A program made the position numbers and the translations under genes. Of a stretch of 64,000 nt of DNA, positions 1 through 11,263 are shown piece after piece. The notes beneath the pieces were generated by a model that was not told the DNA's origin, made no database searches, and saw only the letters and a program-made list of their open reading frames with translations. The stretch's first letter is position 1. Each line of letters begins with the position of its first letter. The stretch covers positions 1 through 64,000 of the forward strand of contig CAVRCI010000013.1 of NCBI GenBank assembly GCA_963719495.1, in the 5' to 3' direction. Source of the stretch: an uncultured Verrucomicrobiae bacterium. Lineage in GTDB: Bacteria; Verrucomicrobiota; Verrucomicrobiia; Chthoniobacterales; JAATET01.

Positions 1-10
1 TCAGCATCGC

Positions 11-35
11 CCGCCGCGGATGAATTCCGCGGCGG
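11..35. terminator. GC-rich hairpin downstream of dnaK (possible terminator or REP)
   Basis: CCGCCGCGGA-tgaat-TCCGCGGCGG, 10-bp perfect stem just past the dnaK stop; no clear U-tract. Confidence 0.35.
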
Positions 36-71
36 ACGGCTTGCTAAAGGGTTGTCGAGCTTCGCTAGGAC

Positions 72-2036
<1,965 letters not shown>

Positions 2037-2218
2037 TCATGATTCGTTTAACTTGTTATATATAAGCATTTTACAAATTTCACTCGGCAACCTCATCCCG
2101 AAATAACGAGTCACGTTGGCACAACTGCGCCACAAAACGGGGCCAATTTGCGCCACCGTGGCCCTCGAGTCGAATTTCGCAGCTTGAATCCGCCGGGACT
2201 TTCGACTGCCCTCACGGC

Positions 2219-3043
2219 ATGCCTTCGATCACGCAACTTTTCAGTTTGGAAGGCCGAGTGGCCGTCGTCACCGGCGGTGCCGGAGCTTTGGGTGGAGCCA
2301 TGGCCGCCAGCCTCGCTTCGGCGGGGGTGCGGGTGGGGATTTTGAGTCGGTCGGCGGACCGCGTCGGCGGGCAGGTCGAGGCGATTCAGCGGGCGGGTGG
2401 CTCGGCCCTGGCGCTCGTGGGTGACGTGACCGATCGCGAGGGCTTGGTCGCGAGCCGGGAAAAAATCCTGGAGGAATGGGGGCGGATCGACATTCTCATC
2501 AATGCCGCCGGGGGGAACCGTCCCGGCGCGACGATTGGTCCGGATCAGACGATCTTCGACCTCGGCATGGACGATTTCGACAGCGTGACGCGGCTTAATC
2601 TCCAGGGCACCGTGCTGCCGAGCCTCGTCTTCGGCGAATCGATGGCGAAGCGCGGGAGCGGCAGCGTCGTCAACATCTCGTCGATGGCGGCGGCGCGCGC
2701 GATCACGCGGGTGGTCGGGTATTCCGCCTCGAAGGCGGCGGTGGATAATTTCACGCGCTGGCTCGCGGTCGAGCTGGCGACGAAATTCGGCGACGGCCTC
2801 CGCGTGAACGCCATTGCGCCCGGATTTTTCATCGGCGAGCAGAACCGCCGACTCCTCACCAACGAGGACGGGAGCTTCACCGAGCGTGGGCAGACCGTCG
2901 TCAACCAAACGCCGATGAAACGTTTCGGCGAGCCGGACGAACTCCTCGGAGCGCTGCACTGGCTCTGCGGCGACGCCGCCAGCTTCGTGACCGGCATCGT
3001 CGTCCCGGTCGACGGTGGGTTCAGCGCCTTCAGCGGCGTGTGA
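2219..3043 (+). CDS. SDR oxidoreductase, probable D-mannonate oxidoreductase (UxuB-like)
   Basis: TGGAGALG, INAAGGN, YSASK, PVDGGFSAFSGV; directly upstream of uxaC. Confidence 0.85.
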   Translation: MPSITQLFSLEGRVAVVTGGAGALGGAMAASLASAGVRVGILSRSADRVGGQVEAIQRAGGSALALVGDVTDREGLVASREKILEEWGRIDILINAAGGNRPGATIGPDQTIFDLGMDDFDSVTRLNLQGTVLPSLVFGESMAKRGSGSVVNISSMAAARAITRVVGYSASKAAVDNFTRWLAVELATKFGDGLRVNAIAPGFFIGEQNRRLLTNEDGSFTERGQTVVNQTPMKRFGEPDELLGALHWLCGDAASFVTGIVVPVDGGFSAFSGV

Positions 3044-3105
3044 ACGCCGTCATTTCCCGATTGGCGTCACGGGACTCGCTCCGTAAACACTAGGACTTTC
3101 CTCGC

Positions 3106-4530
3106 ATGATCCGCCCCTTCCTAGACAAAGATTTTTTCCTGCAGACGGAGTCCGCCCGCCGACTCTACCACGGATCGGCGGCCCCCCAGCCGATCATCGA
3201 TTACCACTGCCACCTCTCGGCCGCCGACATCGCGACGGATCGGCAATTCGCCAATCTCTCCGTCGCGTGGCTCGGGGGCGACCACTACAAGTGGCGGGCG
3301 ATGCGCGCGAACGGGGTCGCCGAGCGATTCATCACCGGGGACGCTTCCGACTTCGAAAAATTCGAAAAATGGGCTGAGACCGTTCCGTTCACCGTTCGGA
3401 ATCCGCTCTACCATTGGACGCACCTCGAGCTCCGGCGCTACTTCGGCGTCAGCGAACTCCTCACGCCGAGGACGGCGAAATCGATCTACGACCGCGCGTC
3501 CTTCTTCCTCGACACGCCCGCCTTCTCGACCCGGGGGCTGTTGGCGAAGATGAACGTCGAGCTCGTCTGCACGACCGACGACCCGGCGGACTCGCTCGAG
3601 CACCACGAAAGTGTGCGCGACGGCGAATGCCGCGTCCGGATGCTGCCGACGTTTCGCCCCGACCGTTTTCTCCTGATCGGCCAACCGGGCTTCCCAACGG
3701 CCATCGAGCAGCTGGCCGCCCGGGTTGACCGCCCGATCAAATCGCTCGACGATCTGCTCGACGCCCTGCGGAACCGCGCGGATTTCTTCCACGCGCTCGG
3801 CGGCCGGCTGTCCGATCACGGGCTGGATCGCATCCCCGAAGGACCGATCAACCTCGCCGCCGCCGCCCGCACGTTCGCCCAGCGTCTCGAAGGCGCCGAC
3901 ATCGACCGGCGCGATGCGGAAATTTTCGCCGTCTCCGTGCTCGACCAGCTCGGTCGAATCTACGCGAAACTCGGCTGGACCCAGCAATTTCACCTCGGTG
4001 CGATGCGCGGGAACAACACCCGGATGCTGCAAACTCTCGGACCCGACACGGGCTTCGACAGCATCGGCGACCAGGAACAGGCCTATTCACTCTCCCGCTA
4101 CCTCGACCGGCTCGACACCGACGACGAGCTCCCCCGCACGATCCTCTACAATCTGAATCCGAAGGACAACGCCGTCTTCGCCACCCTGATCGGCAATTTT
4201 CAAGGCGGCGGAATCCCCGGCAAAATCCAATTCGGATCGGGTTGGTGGTTTCTCGACCAAAAGCACGGCATGGAGGATCAAATCAACGCCCTGTCAAACC
4301 TCGGACTCCTCTCCCGCTTCGTCGGCATGCTCACCGACAGCCGCAGCTTCCTCTCCTTTCCGCGGCACGAATACTTCCGCCGCATCCTCTGCAATCTCAT
4401 CGGCAACGACGTCGAAACCGGCGAAATCCCCAACGACCTCGATTGGCTCGGCGGCATCGTCGCCGACATCTCCTACGGCAACGCCCGCAGCTTCTTCGGA
4501 TTCTACGACGAACCCAAAGCCTCCTCATGA
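3106..4530 (+). CDS. uxaC: glucuronate isomerase
   Basis: IIDYHCHL, GDHYKWRAMR, NPLYHWTHLEL, GWWFLDQ, MLTDSRSFLSFPRHEYFRRILC. Confidence 0.97.
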   Translation: MIRPFLDKDFFLQTESARRLYHGSAAPQPIIDYHCHLSAADIATDRQFANLSVAWLGGDHYKWRAMRANGVAERFITGDASDFEKFEKWAETVPFTVRNPLYHWTHLELRRYFGVSELLTPRTAKSIYDRASFFLDTPAFSTRGLLAKMNVELVCTTDDPADSLEHHESVRDGECRVRMLPTFRPDRFLLIGQPGFPTAIEQLAARVDRPIKSLDDLLDALRNRADFFHALGGRLSDHGLDRIPEGPINLAAAARTFAQRLEGADIDRRDAEIFAVSVLDQLGRIYAKLGWTQQFHLGAMRGNNTRMLQTLGPDTGFDSIGDQEQAYSLSRYLDRLDTDDELPRTILYNLNPKDNAVFATLIGNFQGGGIPGKIQFGSGWWFLDQKHGMEDQINALSNLGLLSRFVGMLTDSRSFLSFPRHEYFRRILCNLIGNDVETGEIPNDLDWLGGIVADISYGNARSFFGFYDEPKASS

Positions 4531-5273
4531 CCCCAGACTCCAACTCCCCCCCGCCGTCCAACGAGCCAGCTAAATCGCCCGCCATCGAACCAGCCGACCG
4601 TCAGTCGCTCCTCGCGCACACCGTCCCCTTCGCGATCTTCATGCTCGGGCTCGCCGCCGTGTCCGCCGTGAAGTGGCTCGCGCCCGACTCGCCGCATCTC
4701 CTGCTCGCGGAACCCGCTTACTGGATCTATCCGCTGCAATCCCTGGCCTGCGCCATCGCGCTGATCGTCTACTGGAAAAACTATTCCTTCGGCTCGCAGC
4801 GGGCGCTCCCGCTGGCACTCGGTGTCGGGGCCGTGGTCCTGCTGCTCTGGATCGCGCCCGAAGCCTTCTTCGGCTTCGACAAGCGACTCGACGGCTTCGA
4901 TCCGACGGCGTTCGAGGGATCGCTCGGATTGTATTGGGGCACCGTCATCGCGCGATTCTTTCGACTCGTCATCATCGTGCCGCTCATCGAAGAAATTTTC
5001 TGGCGCGGCTTCCTGCAGCGCTACCTGATCCAGGAGAATTTCACGGCCATTCCGTTCGGCAAATACACGCACCTCAGCTTCTGGGGTGTCGCACTGGCCT
5101 TCGCCTCCGTCCACTGGGGACCCGACTTCATCCCCGCCCTGATCACAGGCGCGCTGTTCGGCTGGATCGCCATCCGCACGAAGAGCCTCCTCGCATGCGT
5201 CGTAGCCCACGCCGTGACGAACCTCGGGCTCGGCGTCTACATCATGTGGACCCAGCAGTGGGGGTATTGGTAG
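4527..5273 (+). CDS. CAAX prenyl protease-related (Abi/CPBP family) intramembrane protease
   Basis: VPLIEEIFWRGFL and HAVTNL motifs, multiple TM helices; ATGA overlap with the uxaC stop. Confidence 0.85.
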   Translation: MTPDSNSPPPSNEPAKSPAIEPADRQSLLAHTVPFAIFMLGLAAVSAVKWLAPDSPHLLLAEPAYWIYPLQSLACAIALIVYWKNYSFGSQRALPLALGVGAVVLLLWIAPEAFFGFDKRLDGFDPTAFEGSLGLYWGTVIARFFRLVIIVPLIEEIFWRGFLQRYLIQENFTAIPFGKYTHLSFWGVALAFASVHWGPDFIPALITGALFGWIAIRTKSLLACVVAHAVTNLGLGVYIMWTQQWGYW

Positions 5274-5403
5274 GCCGGGGCGGGAGGCCCACGGGTATCA
5301 TCGGAATCTCGTCGGGTCCTGGCGAGCGAGCCAGCGCCAGCGCGAGTTGAGTCGGGACCTGGAAGCCGCGAAGGCCAGCGGGGCCGCGCCATCGTCCAAA
5401 GAG

Positions 5404-5568
5404 GGTAGGGAAGCCGCGCCGCCGGGTTCCGTGGCTTGACACGGTCAACGTCCGATCCCACCGGTGGGTGACGTCCAGCCACGCGGCTCGCTGAGTATTG
5501 GAAGTCTTTTCGTCGTCGGGCGCAACGGGTGACCAAAAGTGGAAACCCGGCGGCGCGGCTTCCCTACC
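5404..5568. repeat. inverted pair of GTAG-type REP-like sequences (REPIN-like)
   Basis: GGTAGGGAAGCCGCGCCGCCGGGTT (5404-5428) and its exact reverse complement (5544-5568). Confidence 0.75.
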
Positions 5569-5620
5569 TTCGGGACGACGCACGCGAACCAGATCGCGTC
5601 GTCTTAGGCAGCTTCAAACC

Positions 5621-6037
5621 CTAGCTAAACGTCAGCTTCTTGACCCCGGCGTCCGAGGCCGCGTTGAGCACGTCGATCACCCGCTCGTGCCGCGTGTCCG
5701 GCGTCGGCTGGATGATCACCGGATCCTTGTCGCCAAAGCGGTCGATCGTGTCTTTCAGCCAGACGCGAAGCTCCGTCAGTTCCTTCGCCGTCCCGTAATC
5801 CTTGTTGTTGACCACCACGTGGCCATCCGCCCGCACCTCGACCATGATCGGGGTCACCGGCGGGCCGCCCGGACCGCCCGCGGACTTGCCGCTCGGCAGG
5901 CTGACGTTCAATTCTTTCTCGATCACCTGCGATCCCGCCGCCGCCATGAAGAACAGCAACAACACGAAGACCACGTCCACCATGGGAGCGATCTGGAACC
6001 CTGGATCCCCATCTTCCGATACACCACCGCCGCCCAT
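5621..6037 (-). CDS. exbD: biopolymer transporter ExbD/TolR family
   Basis: FQIAPMVDVVFVLLLFFM TM motif with the conserved Asp. Confidence 0.9.
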   Translation of the reverse strand: MGGGGVSEDGDPGFQIAPMVDVVFVLLLFFMAAAGSQVIEKELNVSLPSGKSAGGPGGPPVTPIMVEVRADGHVVVNNKDYGTAKELTELRVWLKDTIDRFGDKDPVIIQPTPDTRHERVIDVLNAASDAGVKKLTFS

Positions 6038-6058
6038 ATTATTTCATCTCCCTCGTTG

Positions 6059-6532
6059 TCATTCGCCTTCCTTGTCGACCACCGAGAACGTCACGTTCGC
6101 GATGCCTGCCTGGCCGACCGCTTCGAGCAGCCGACGCGTAAATTCATACCGCACGTCCTTGTCGGCCCGGATGAGCACGCGGACCAGTGGGTTGACCTTC
6201 ACCGAGGCTTGGAGCTTCGAGATCAGCATCGTCGGGTCGGGGTAATTGATCTCGTCCACCGACAGCCCAATCGCGTCGTTGATCGTGCTGTAGGTCACGT
6301 TGATGATCACCTGGCCAGGATTTTTCTTCGAATCCTTCGCCGCCTTGGCGACCGGGAGATTGACGTCCTGATTGGACTGCAGCACCTCGGTCGAACTGAT
6401 CGACATGAAGAAGACCAGCAGAACGAGCAGAATGTCGATCATCGGCGCAATCTGAAATTCCGGTTCCGCCTCGGCGTCCGGCTTCCGAACACCTCGCTTT
6501 TTGAGGCGACCGGTGGGGGCTCCTTCGGACAT
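6059..6532 (-). CDS. exbD: biopolymer transporter ExbD/TolR family
   Basis: FQIAPMIDILLVLLVFFM; VLIRADKDV. Confidence 0.9.
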   Translation of the reverse strand: MSEGAPTGRLKKRGVRKPDAEAEPEFQIAPMIDILLVLLVFFMSISSTEVLQSNQDVNLPVAKAAKDSKKNPGQVIINVTYSTINDAIGLSVDEINYPDPTMLISKLQASVKVNPLVRVLIRADKDVRYEFTRRLLEAVGQAGIANVTFSVVDKEGE

Positions 6533-6538
6533 CCGATT

Positions 6539-7498
6539 CTACGACCAGTCGAGGGTGGCCCCGCAGTGTGGGCAGGGGTTCTGTCCGGGCGTGATCGCGC
6601 CGTTGCAGACGGGGCAATTCGTCGTGAGTTCCATCGAGACCCGGCGTGACTGGTTGGCTCCGGCGGCGGCTGGAGCACCCTCGCCGGCGGCAAAATTGTC
6701 GCCAATCCGAAGCCCCCCAAGCTCTTCGTAGGGAATGTCCTCCACGAGCCGAAACAAGGTTTCGTCGGCCTCGGCGAGCGCGATGGTCGCTTTGTTTCGG
6801 AAGTAGTAGTAGAAAATGAACGCCGGGATCGCGATGAACAGGCCACTCGCCGTCGCCATGAGCACCTCACCGATCGAGAGAGCCAGCGCCCGCGGATCCG
6901 ACACGCCGGACTGACCCAGCACCGCGAAGGCACCCATCATTCCGATGACCGTTCCCAGCAGCCCGATCATGGGCGCGATCACGCCGATCACCGACAGGTA
7001 GCTATTCTGGGTCTTGATCGTCTGAGCCTCCCGCATCCCGTGCTCACCAACCGCGATCTCGACCGCTTCCTTGCCGCGACCCAGCCGCTGCAAGGCTCCC
7101 TCCAACACGTTGGCGATGTAGGCCTTGTTGGCGCGCGAGATCTCCCAGGCTTCCTGGTAATTTCCGCCTTCAATCGTGGCGCGGAGGGACTCGACGAGCG
7201 GTTTCGGTTGAAGCTTCTCGGCGCGAAGATTCAAGAAGAGCTGAATGATGAACGTCACCATCACGACGGAAACACCCAGGATGCTGATCCAGATCATGAT
7301 GATCAGCGGACCGCCGTGCATGATGGTCTGGAGGATACTCATTTCCTCCGGGGTGGCCTCGGCCGCTTCCGCGGCGGCCTCCTGAGCGAGAACGGGGCCG
7401 ACGGACAACAAAAGAGCGCTCAGGGTCAGCAGGAGACGGCTCGGCATCGAGGGGAAGAACTTCTTGATCATGTGGTGTGGGTGAGAGTTAAGCGACAA
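6539..7498 (-). CDS. MotA/TolQ/ExbB proton channel protein with C-terminal zinc-ribbon-like tail
   Basis: APMIGLLGTVIGM, EVLMATASGLFIAIPA; tail CPVC..CPHC; exact start uncertain. Confidence 0.9.
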   Translation of the reverse strand: MSLNSHPHHMIKKFFPSMPSRLLLTLSALLLSVGPVLAQEAAAEAAEATPEEMSILQTIMHGGPLIIMIWISILGVSVVMVTFIIQLFLNLRAEKLQPKPLVESLRATIEGGNYQEAWEISRANKAYIANVLEGALQRLGRGKEAVEIAVGEHGMREAQTIKTQNSYLSVIGVIAPMIGLLGTVIGMMGAFAVLGQSGVSDPRALALSIGEVLMATASGLFIAIPAFIFYYYFRNKATIALAEADETLFRLVEDIPYEELGGLRIGDNFAAGEGAPAAAGANQSRRVSMELTTNCPVCNGAITPGQNPCPHCGATLDWS

Positions 7499-7502
7499 TC
7501 GC

Positions 7503-8264
7503 TCAAGGTGCGATCACATTTTTTTCGTTCGCCAGCACATCAGCTCGCGCCATCGCATCGGCGACCGCCGCCGCGTCGGCGTAGAAAACCGTGACGGTCA
7601 TCAGGTAATCCTCGAGGGCCTGCTGCAAATCGCCTTCGGACTCACGAACCTGGCCCATGAGGAGAAAGGCCCGGCCGTAAGTGGAACTTTTCGCACTCTC
7701 CGCGCTCTTCACCTGCGAAGCCTCGGCGATGATCGGCTCGAGCTTCGTCTTGGCCGCCGCGAAATCATCCTTGGCGACGTCCAGCCGGGCGATCGAGACC
7801 GCCGACAGGTCACCCGCCTCCGGATACAACTCCGTGAATTGCGCGAAGATCCGCTCGGCCTCCGCGACCTGGTCCAGCTCGAGCAGCGAGTCGCCGAGCA
7901 GCGCGTAAGCCTGCCCGACCCACGGCACCGGGAGTCCCGAGAACTTCGCGACGATCGGACGCACTTCGATCAGCGCACCCGCCGCGTTGCCCGACGCCTT
8001 CGTCGCCTGCGCCTGCGCGAGTGCGGGCGGCGCCTGCTTGATGACGCTTTCGACCTGGTCCAGCGGAATTGCCGTTTGCACGGGGCCGGATTTCAAAGTT
8101 ACCTTCCCGTCCGAAACTCCGAGCACCTCTCCCTCCTTCCGCAACCCCGATTCGAGCACCAGAACATCCTGCGCCACCGCCAGCGATCCAGCGCAAAACA
8201 TCGAGAAACCAATCAACGCGCCGACGGCCCGTTGGGAAGAAAATGGGGAGAAGCTTGAAATCAT
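7503..8264 (-). CDS. secreted TPR-like protein
   Basis: signal-peptide-like N-terminus and helical TPR-like repeats; co-oriented with exbB/exbD. Confidence 0.7.
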   Translation of the reverse strand: MISSFSPFSSQRAVGALIGFSMFCAGSLAVAQDVLVLESGLRKEGEVLGVSDGKVTLKSGPVQTAIPLDQVESVIKQAPPALAQAQATKASGNAAGALIEVRPIVAKFSGLPVPWVGQAYALLGDSLLELDQVAEAERIFAQFTELYPEAGDLSAVSIARLDVAKDDFAAAKTKLEPIIAEASQVKSAESAKSSTYGRAFLLMGQVRESEGDLQQALEDYLMTVTVFYADAAAVADAMARADVLANEKNVIAP

Positions 8265-8322
8265 CAGAGTTTTCCTAAATCACATTTCGCCACCACTTTC
8301 AACCCTTTGCCGATCTAATCCC

Positions 8323-9852
8323 ATGTTTGTCTGGATGCGTTCCCATATGCGCAAGCTCATGCTTGTCATCACGATTCTCACCATCACCGCCTTCGTTTTC
8401 CTCTATAATCCGGCGGAAATCGACGACCTCAACGCCGCGAAATTTGCGAAGATCTACGGTCGCAATCTGTCGCTCGCCCAAGTCCAGCGCGAGGCCCGCA
8501 CCTACCAGCTCGCCCTCGCTCTCGGCCTCACCGATTACGTCGAGACGCTCGACGGCTTCTCGGGCCAATCCGATCCCGGCGCGTTCGTTTTCAACACGAT
8601 GATCGTCAATCACGAGGCCGCCGAGCTCGGCATCAGCCCGACCAACACCGACGTCGCCCAGGCCATCGCGAAGATCCCGACTTTCCAGACGAACGGCGAG
8701 TTCGACCAGACGAAATACGACCAATTTGGCGTGAATTTCCTCGCACCCAACGGCCTCTCAGCCGTCGAACTCGAGGACGTCGTCCGGAATTCCCTCAAGC
8801 TCGCGCGCATCGTCGCCATCCTCGAATCCGCGCCGACCACGTCGCCCGCCGAGCTCGACTTCAACGCCCGCTTCTTCCAGGAAGCCACCGGAGCCGCCGT
8901 CGTCTTTGACCGCCAGAAATTCTTCGACCAGGCCACCGCCTCCGAAGCCGACATCAAGACCTACTACGACGCGAATCTTTTCCGACTGATGACTCCCGAG
9001 CTCCGGACCGTCGAGCTGGTGACCTTCGCCCTCCCCGCCGACCAGGCCGCGCTTCAGGACAAAGCCCGCATCGAGGCCCTCCAGAAGGTCGCCAACAACT
9101 CCGCCGAGTTCGCCGACGCAGCTCAGGAAAAATCCTTCGCCGAAGCTGCGAAGGCCGCCGATCTCAAAGTCGAAACCACCCTCCCCTTCGACGCCTCCGG
9201 TCAGATCGTCACTCCCGCGGGAAGCACGTCCACCGACCTCGCTGGCCCCATCATTGCCAAGGTCGCCCCCACCGCCTTCACCCTCTCCGACAGCTCCCCG
9301 TTGAGCGGCGTCTTGCAGGACGGCGACTCCTTCCACGTCATCCGACTCACGAACGTCACCCCGGCCCGCGAACAGACCCTCGAGGAAGCCACCCCCGCCA
9401 TCACCACCGACCTCCGCAACCTCACCGCCGAGACCGCGCTCGAGTCGCAGGCCGACGAAGCCCTCGCCGCCATCCGCGAAGACCTGAAAGCTGGCAAATC
9501 CCTCGCCGAGGCAGTCCAACCCTACCCGATGGCCGAGCTCCAACCCTTCGAAAACGTCTCCGTCTCGACGGAAACGGCCACCCCCGAGCAACGCACCTAC
9601 GCCTCCGACACCGTCCAGCTCAAGGACGGCGAGATCACCGGCCTCACCATCGAGCAATCGGGTGCCTACGCCGTCTACCTCGAAAAACGCTCGCCCATCG
9701 ACGAAACCATTCTCGCCGAAAATCGCGAACGAATCTCCGACTACGTCCGCACCCGCAAAGGCAGCCTCATCCTCTTCGAGTGGCTCGAAGCCGCCACCGC
9801 CCGCGCCGACCTCCAAGTCGCCGGCGACAACGAAGACGAAGACCAGGGTTGA
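8323..9852 (+). CDS. SurA N-terminal domain / PpiD-like periplasmic chaperone
   Basis: MFVWMRSHMRKLMLVITILTITAFV anchor; FQTNGEFD; ASEADIKTYYDAN; LEEA, a PpiD-like layout. Confidence 0.8.
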   Translation: MFVWMRSHMRKLMLVITILTITAFVFLYNPAEIDDLNAAKFAKIYGRNLSLAQVQREARTYQLALALGLTDYVETLDGFSGQSDPGAFVFNTMIVNHEAAELGISPTNTDVAQAIAKIPTFQTNGEFDQTKYDQFGVNFLAPNGLSAVELEDVVRNSLKLARIVAILESAPTTSPAELDFNARFFQEATGAAVVFDRQKFFDQATASEADIKTYYDANLFRLMTPELRTVELVTFALPADQAALQDKARIEALQKVANNSAEFADAAQEKSFAEAAKAADLKVETTLPFDASGQIVTPAGSTSTDLAGPIIAKVAPTAFTLSDSSPLSGVLQDGDSFHVIRLTNVTPAREQTLEEATPAITTDLRNLTAETALESQADEALAAIREDLKAGKSLAEAVQPYPMAELQPFENVSVSTETATPEQRTYASDTVQLKDGEITGLTIEQSGAYAVYLEKRSPIDETILAENRERISDYVRTRKGSLILFEWLEAATARADLQVAGDNEDEDQG

Positions 9853-9863
9853 GCCCCGTCCAC

Positions 9864-10208
9864 GTGAGCCACGCCCCGGAAATCGACGAGCTCTTTGACG
9901 ACGCCAGCGGCGACATCGCCGTCGGAGACCTCGACGCCGCCGTCGAGAAATACCGCCGCTGCGTCGAAGCCGACCCCGAGTTCTTCGACGGCTGGCACGC
10001 CCTCGGCATGGCCCTCATGAAAAACGGCGACCACCTCGCCGCCATCGAAGCCGGACTCGAGTCGACCAAACTCCGCCCCAACGACCAGCTCGCCTGGTCT
10101 AGCCTCTCGCTCTTCTACGTCCGCAACCACCAGATCCCCGAGGCCGAAGCCGCCGGCACCAAAGCCAAAATCATCTCCTGGGGAGGAAAAGTAGCCCCGG
10201 AAACTTAG
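9864..10208 (+). CDS. small TPR protein
   Basis: TPR repeats (DPEFFDGWHALGMAL, PNDQLAWSSLS); GTG start assumed. Confidence 0.75.
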   Translation: MSHAPEIDELFDDASGDIAVGDLDAAVEKYRRCVEADPEFFDGWHALGMALMKNGDHLAAIEAGLESTKLRPNDQLAWSSLSLFYVRNHQIPEAEAAGTKAKIISWGGKVAPET

Positions 10209-10293
10209 TCCACGGAACCGCTAGGTTTCAGCACCTCACCTCGAGGAACGGCGCGCTTCCAGCCGCCGCACCAACCCTAATTCGCGCAGCGAA

Positions 10294-10974
10294 TCAAATC
10301 TCACCCGCGGCGTCGGCCACGACTTCCCCCAGCACCGGACTCTCCGGCAGCACCGCCATCGCCGTCACCCCACCACGCACCGACTGCCCCACCTTCACGA
10401 GCACCCGGCTCTCCTCCGGAATCCACAGCTCCGTCCGCGATCCAAACCGGATCATCCCAAATTTCTCGCCCCGCACCAGCGAGTCCCCCACCACCGACCA
10501 CGGCACGATGCGCCGCGCGATCGCCCCCGTGATCTGCCGCACCCCCACCGTGTGATCCACCCCCTCGATCACCCACATCCGCGCCACGTTATCCGTCGCC
10601 GACCGCACGTCCCGCGCGTCGTAATACCGCCCCTTTCGAGCCTCCGAATACATCACCTTCCCCGCGATCGGAGCCCGATTCACGTGGACGTCGAAAACCG
10701 ACAGGAAGATCGAAATCCGGATCATCCTCCGACTGAGCACCTCCCCCTCGATCAGATTCTCGATCGCCACGATCTTCCCATCCGCCGGAGCCACCGCCAA
10801 AAAAGGATCCGTCGGCGCAATCCGCTCCGGATCCCGAAAAAAGTAGAGCGTGAAGGCCAGCGCAATCAACCAAACCACCGCCAACGGAGGGAACCAAACC
10901 AGGCTCGCCAAAAGCAGCACCCCAATGATGACCAGGATCCAAATCCCCTCCCAAATCGCACGCCGTTCCTGCAT
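10294..10974 (-). CDS. psd: phosphatidylserine decarboxylase proenzyme
   Basis: FFRDPER, APADG, IFLSVFDVHVNRAP, GMIRFGSRTE (pyruvoyl GS site). Confidence 0.95.
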   Translation of the reverse strand: MQERRAIWEGIWILVIIGVLLLASLVWFPPLAVVWLIALAFTLYFFRDPERIAPTDPFLAVAPADGKIVAIENLIEGEVLSRRMIRISIFLSVFDVHVNRAPIAGKVMYSEARKGRYYDARDVRSATDNVARMWVIEGVDHTVGVRQITGAIARRIVPWSVVGDSLVRGEKFGMIRFGSRTELWIPEESRVLVKVGQSVRGGVTAMAVLPESPVLGEVVADAAGEI

Positions 10975-11087
10975 GACCTACGCCTAACGCCTAAACGCAT
11001 CGACCGCACCCAAAATTCGGACTGGCCCCCCGCCCGATCAAACCAGGATCCGCCCCTTCCAATCGGCGAAGCCGCCCCCAAAAATCA

Positions 11088-11181
11088 TGTCATTCTGAGC
11101 GAACGGAACAGCCGAGCACAGCGAGACAGCCTTTCACTTCTTCGCCATCACCAAAAAGGCAACCTCTGGCTCACCACTCCC
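11088..11181 (+). repeat. interrupted copy of the TGTCATGCTGAGCGAAGCGAAGCATCTCTGGCT repeat
   Basis: TGTCATTCTGAGCGAA ... ACCTCTGGCTCACCACTCCC resembles the 55648 copy with an internal insertion. Confidence 0.5.
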
Positions 11182-11263
11182 CGCGCAACTCGCATTCGAG
11201 CACCCCCACGCACCAACGATTCCCCCGAAGCCAAAAATCAGCTACATTCCCAATCCACCACCC

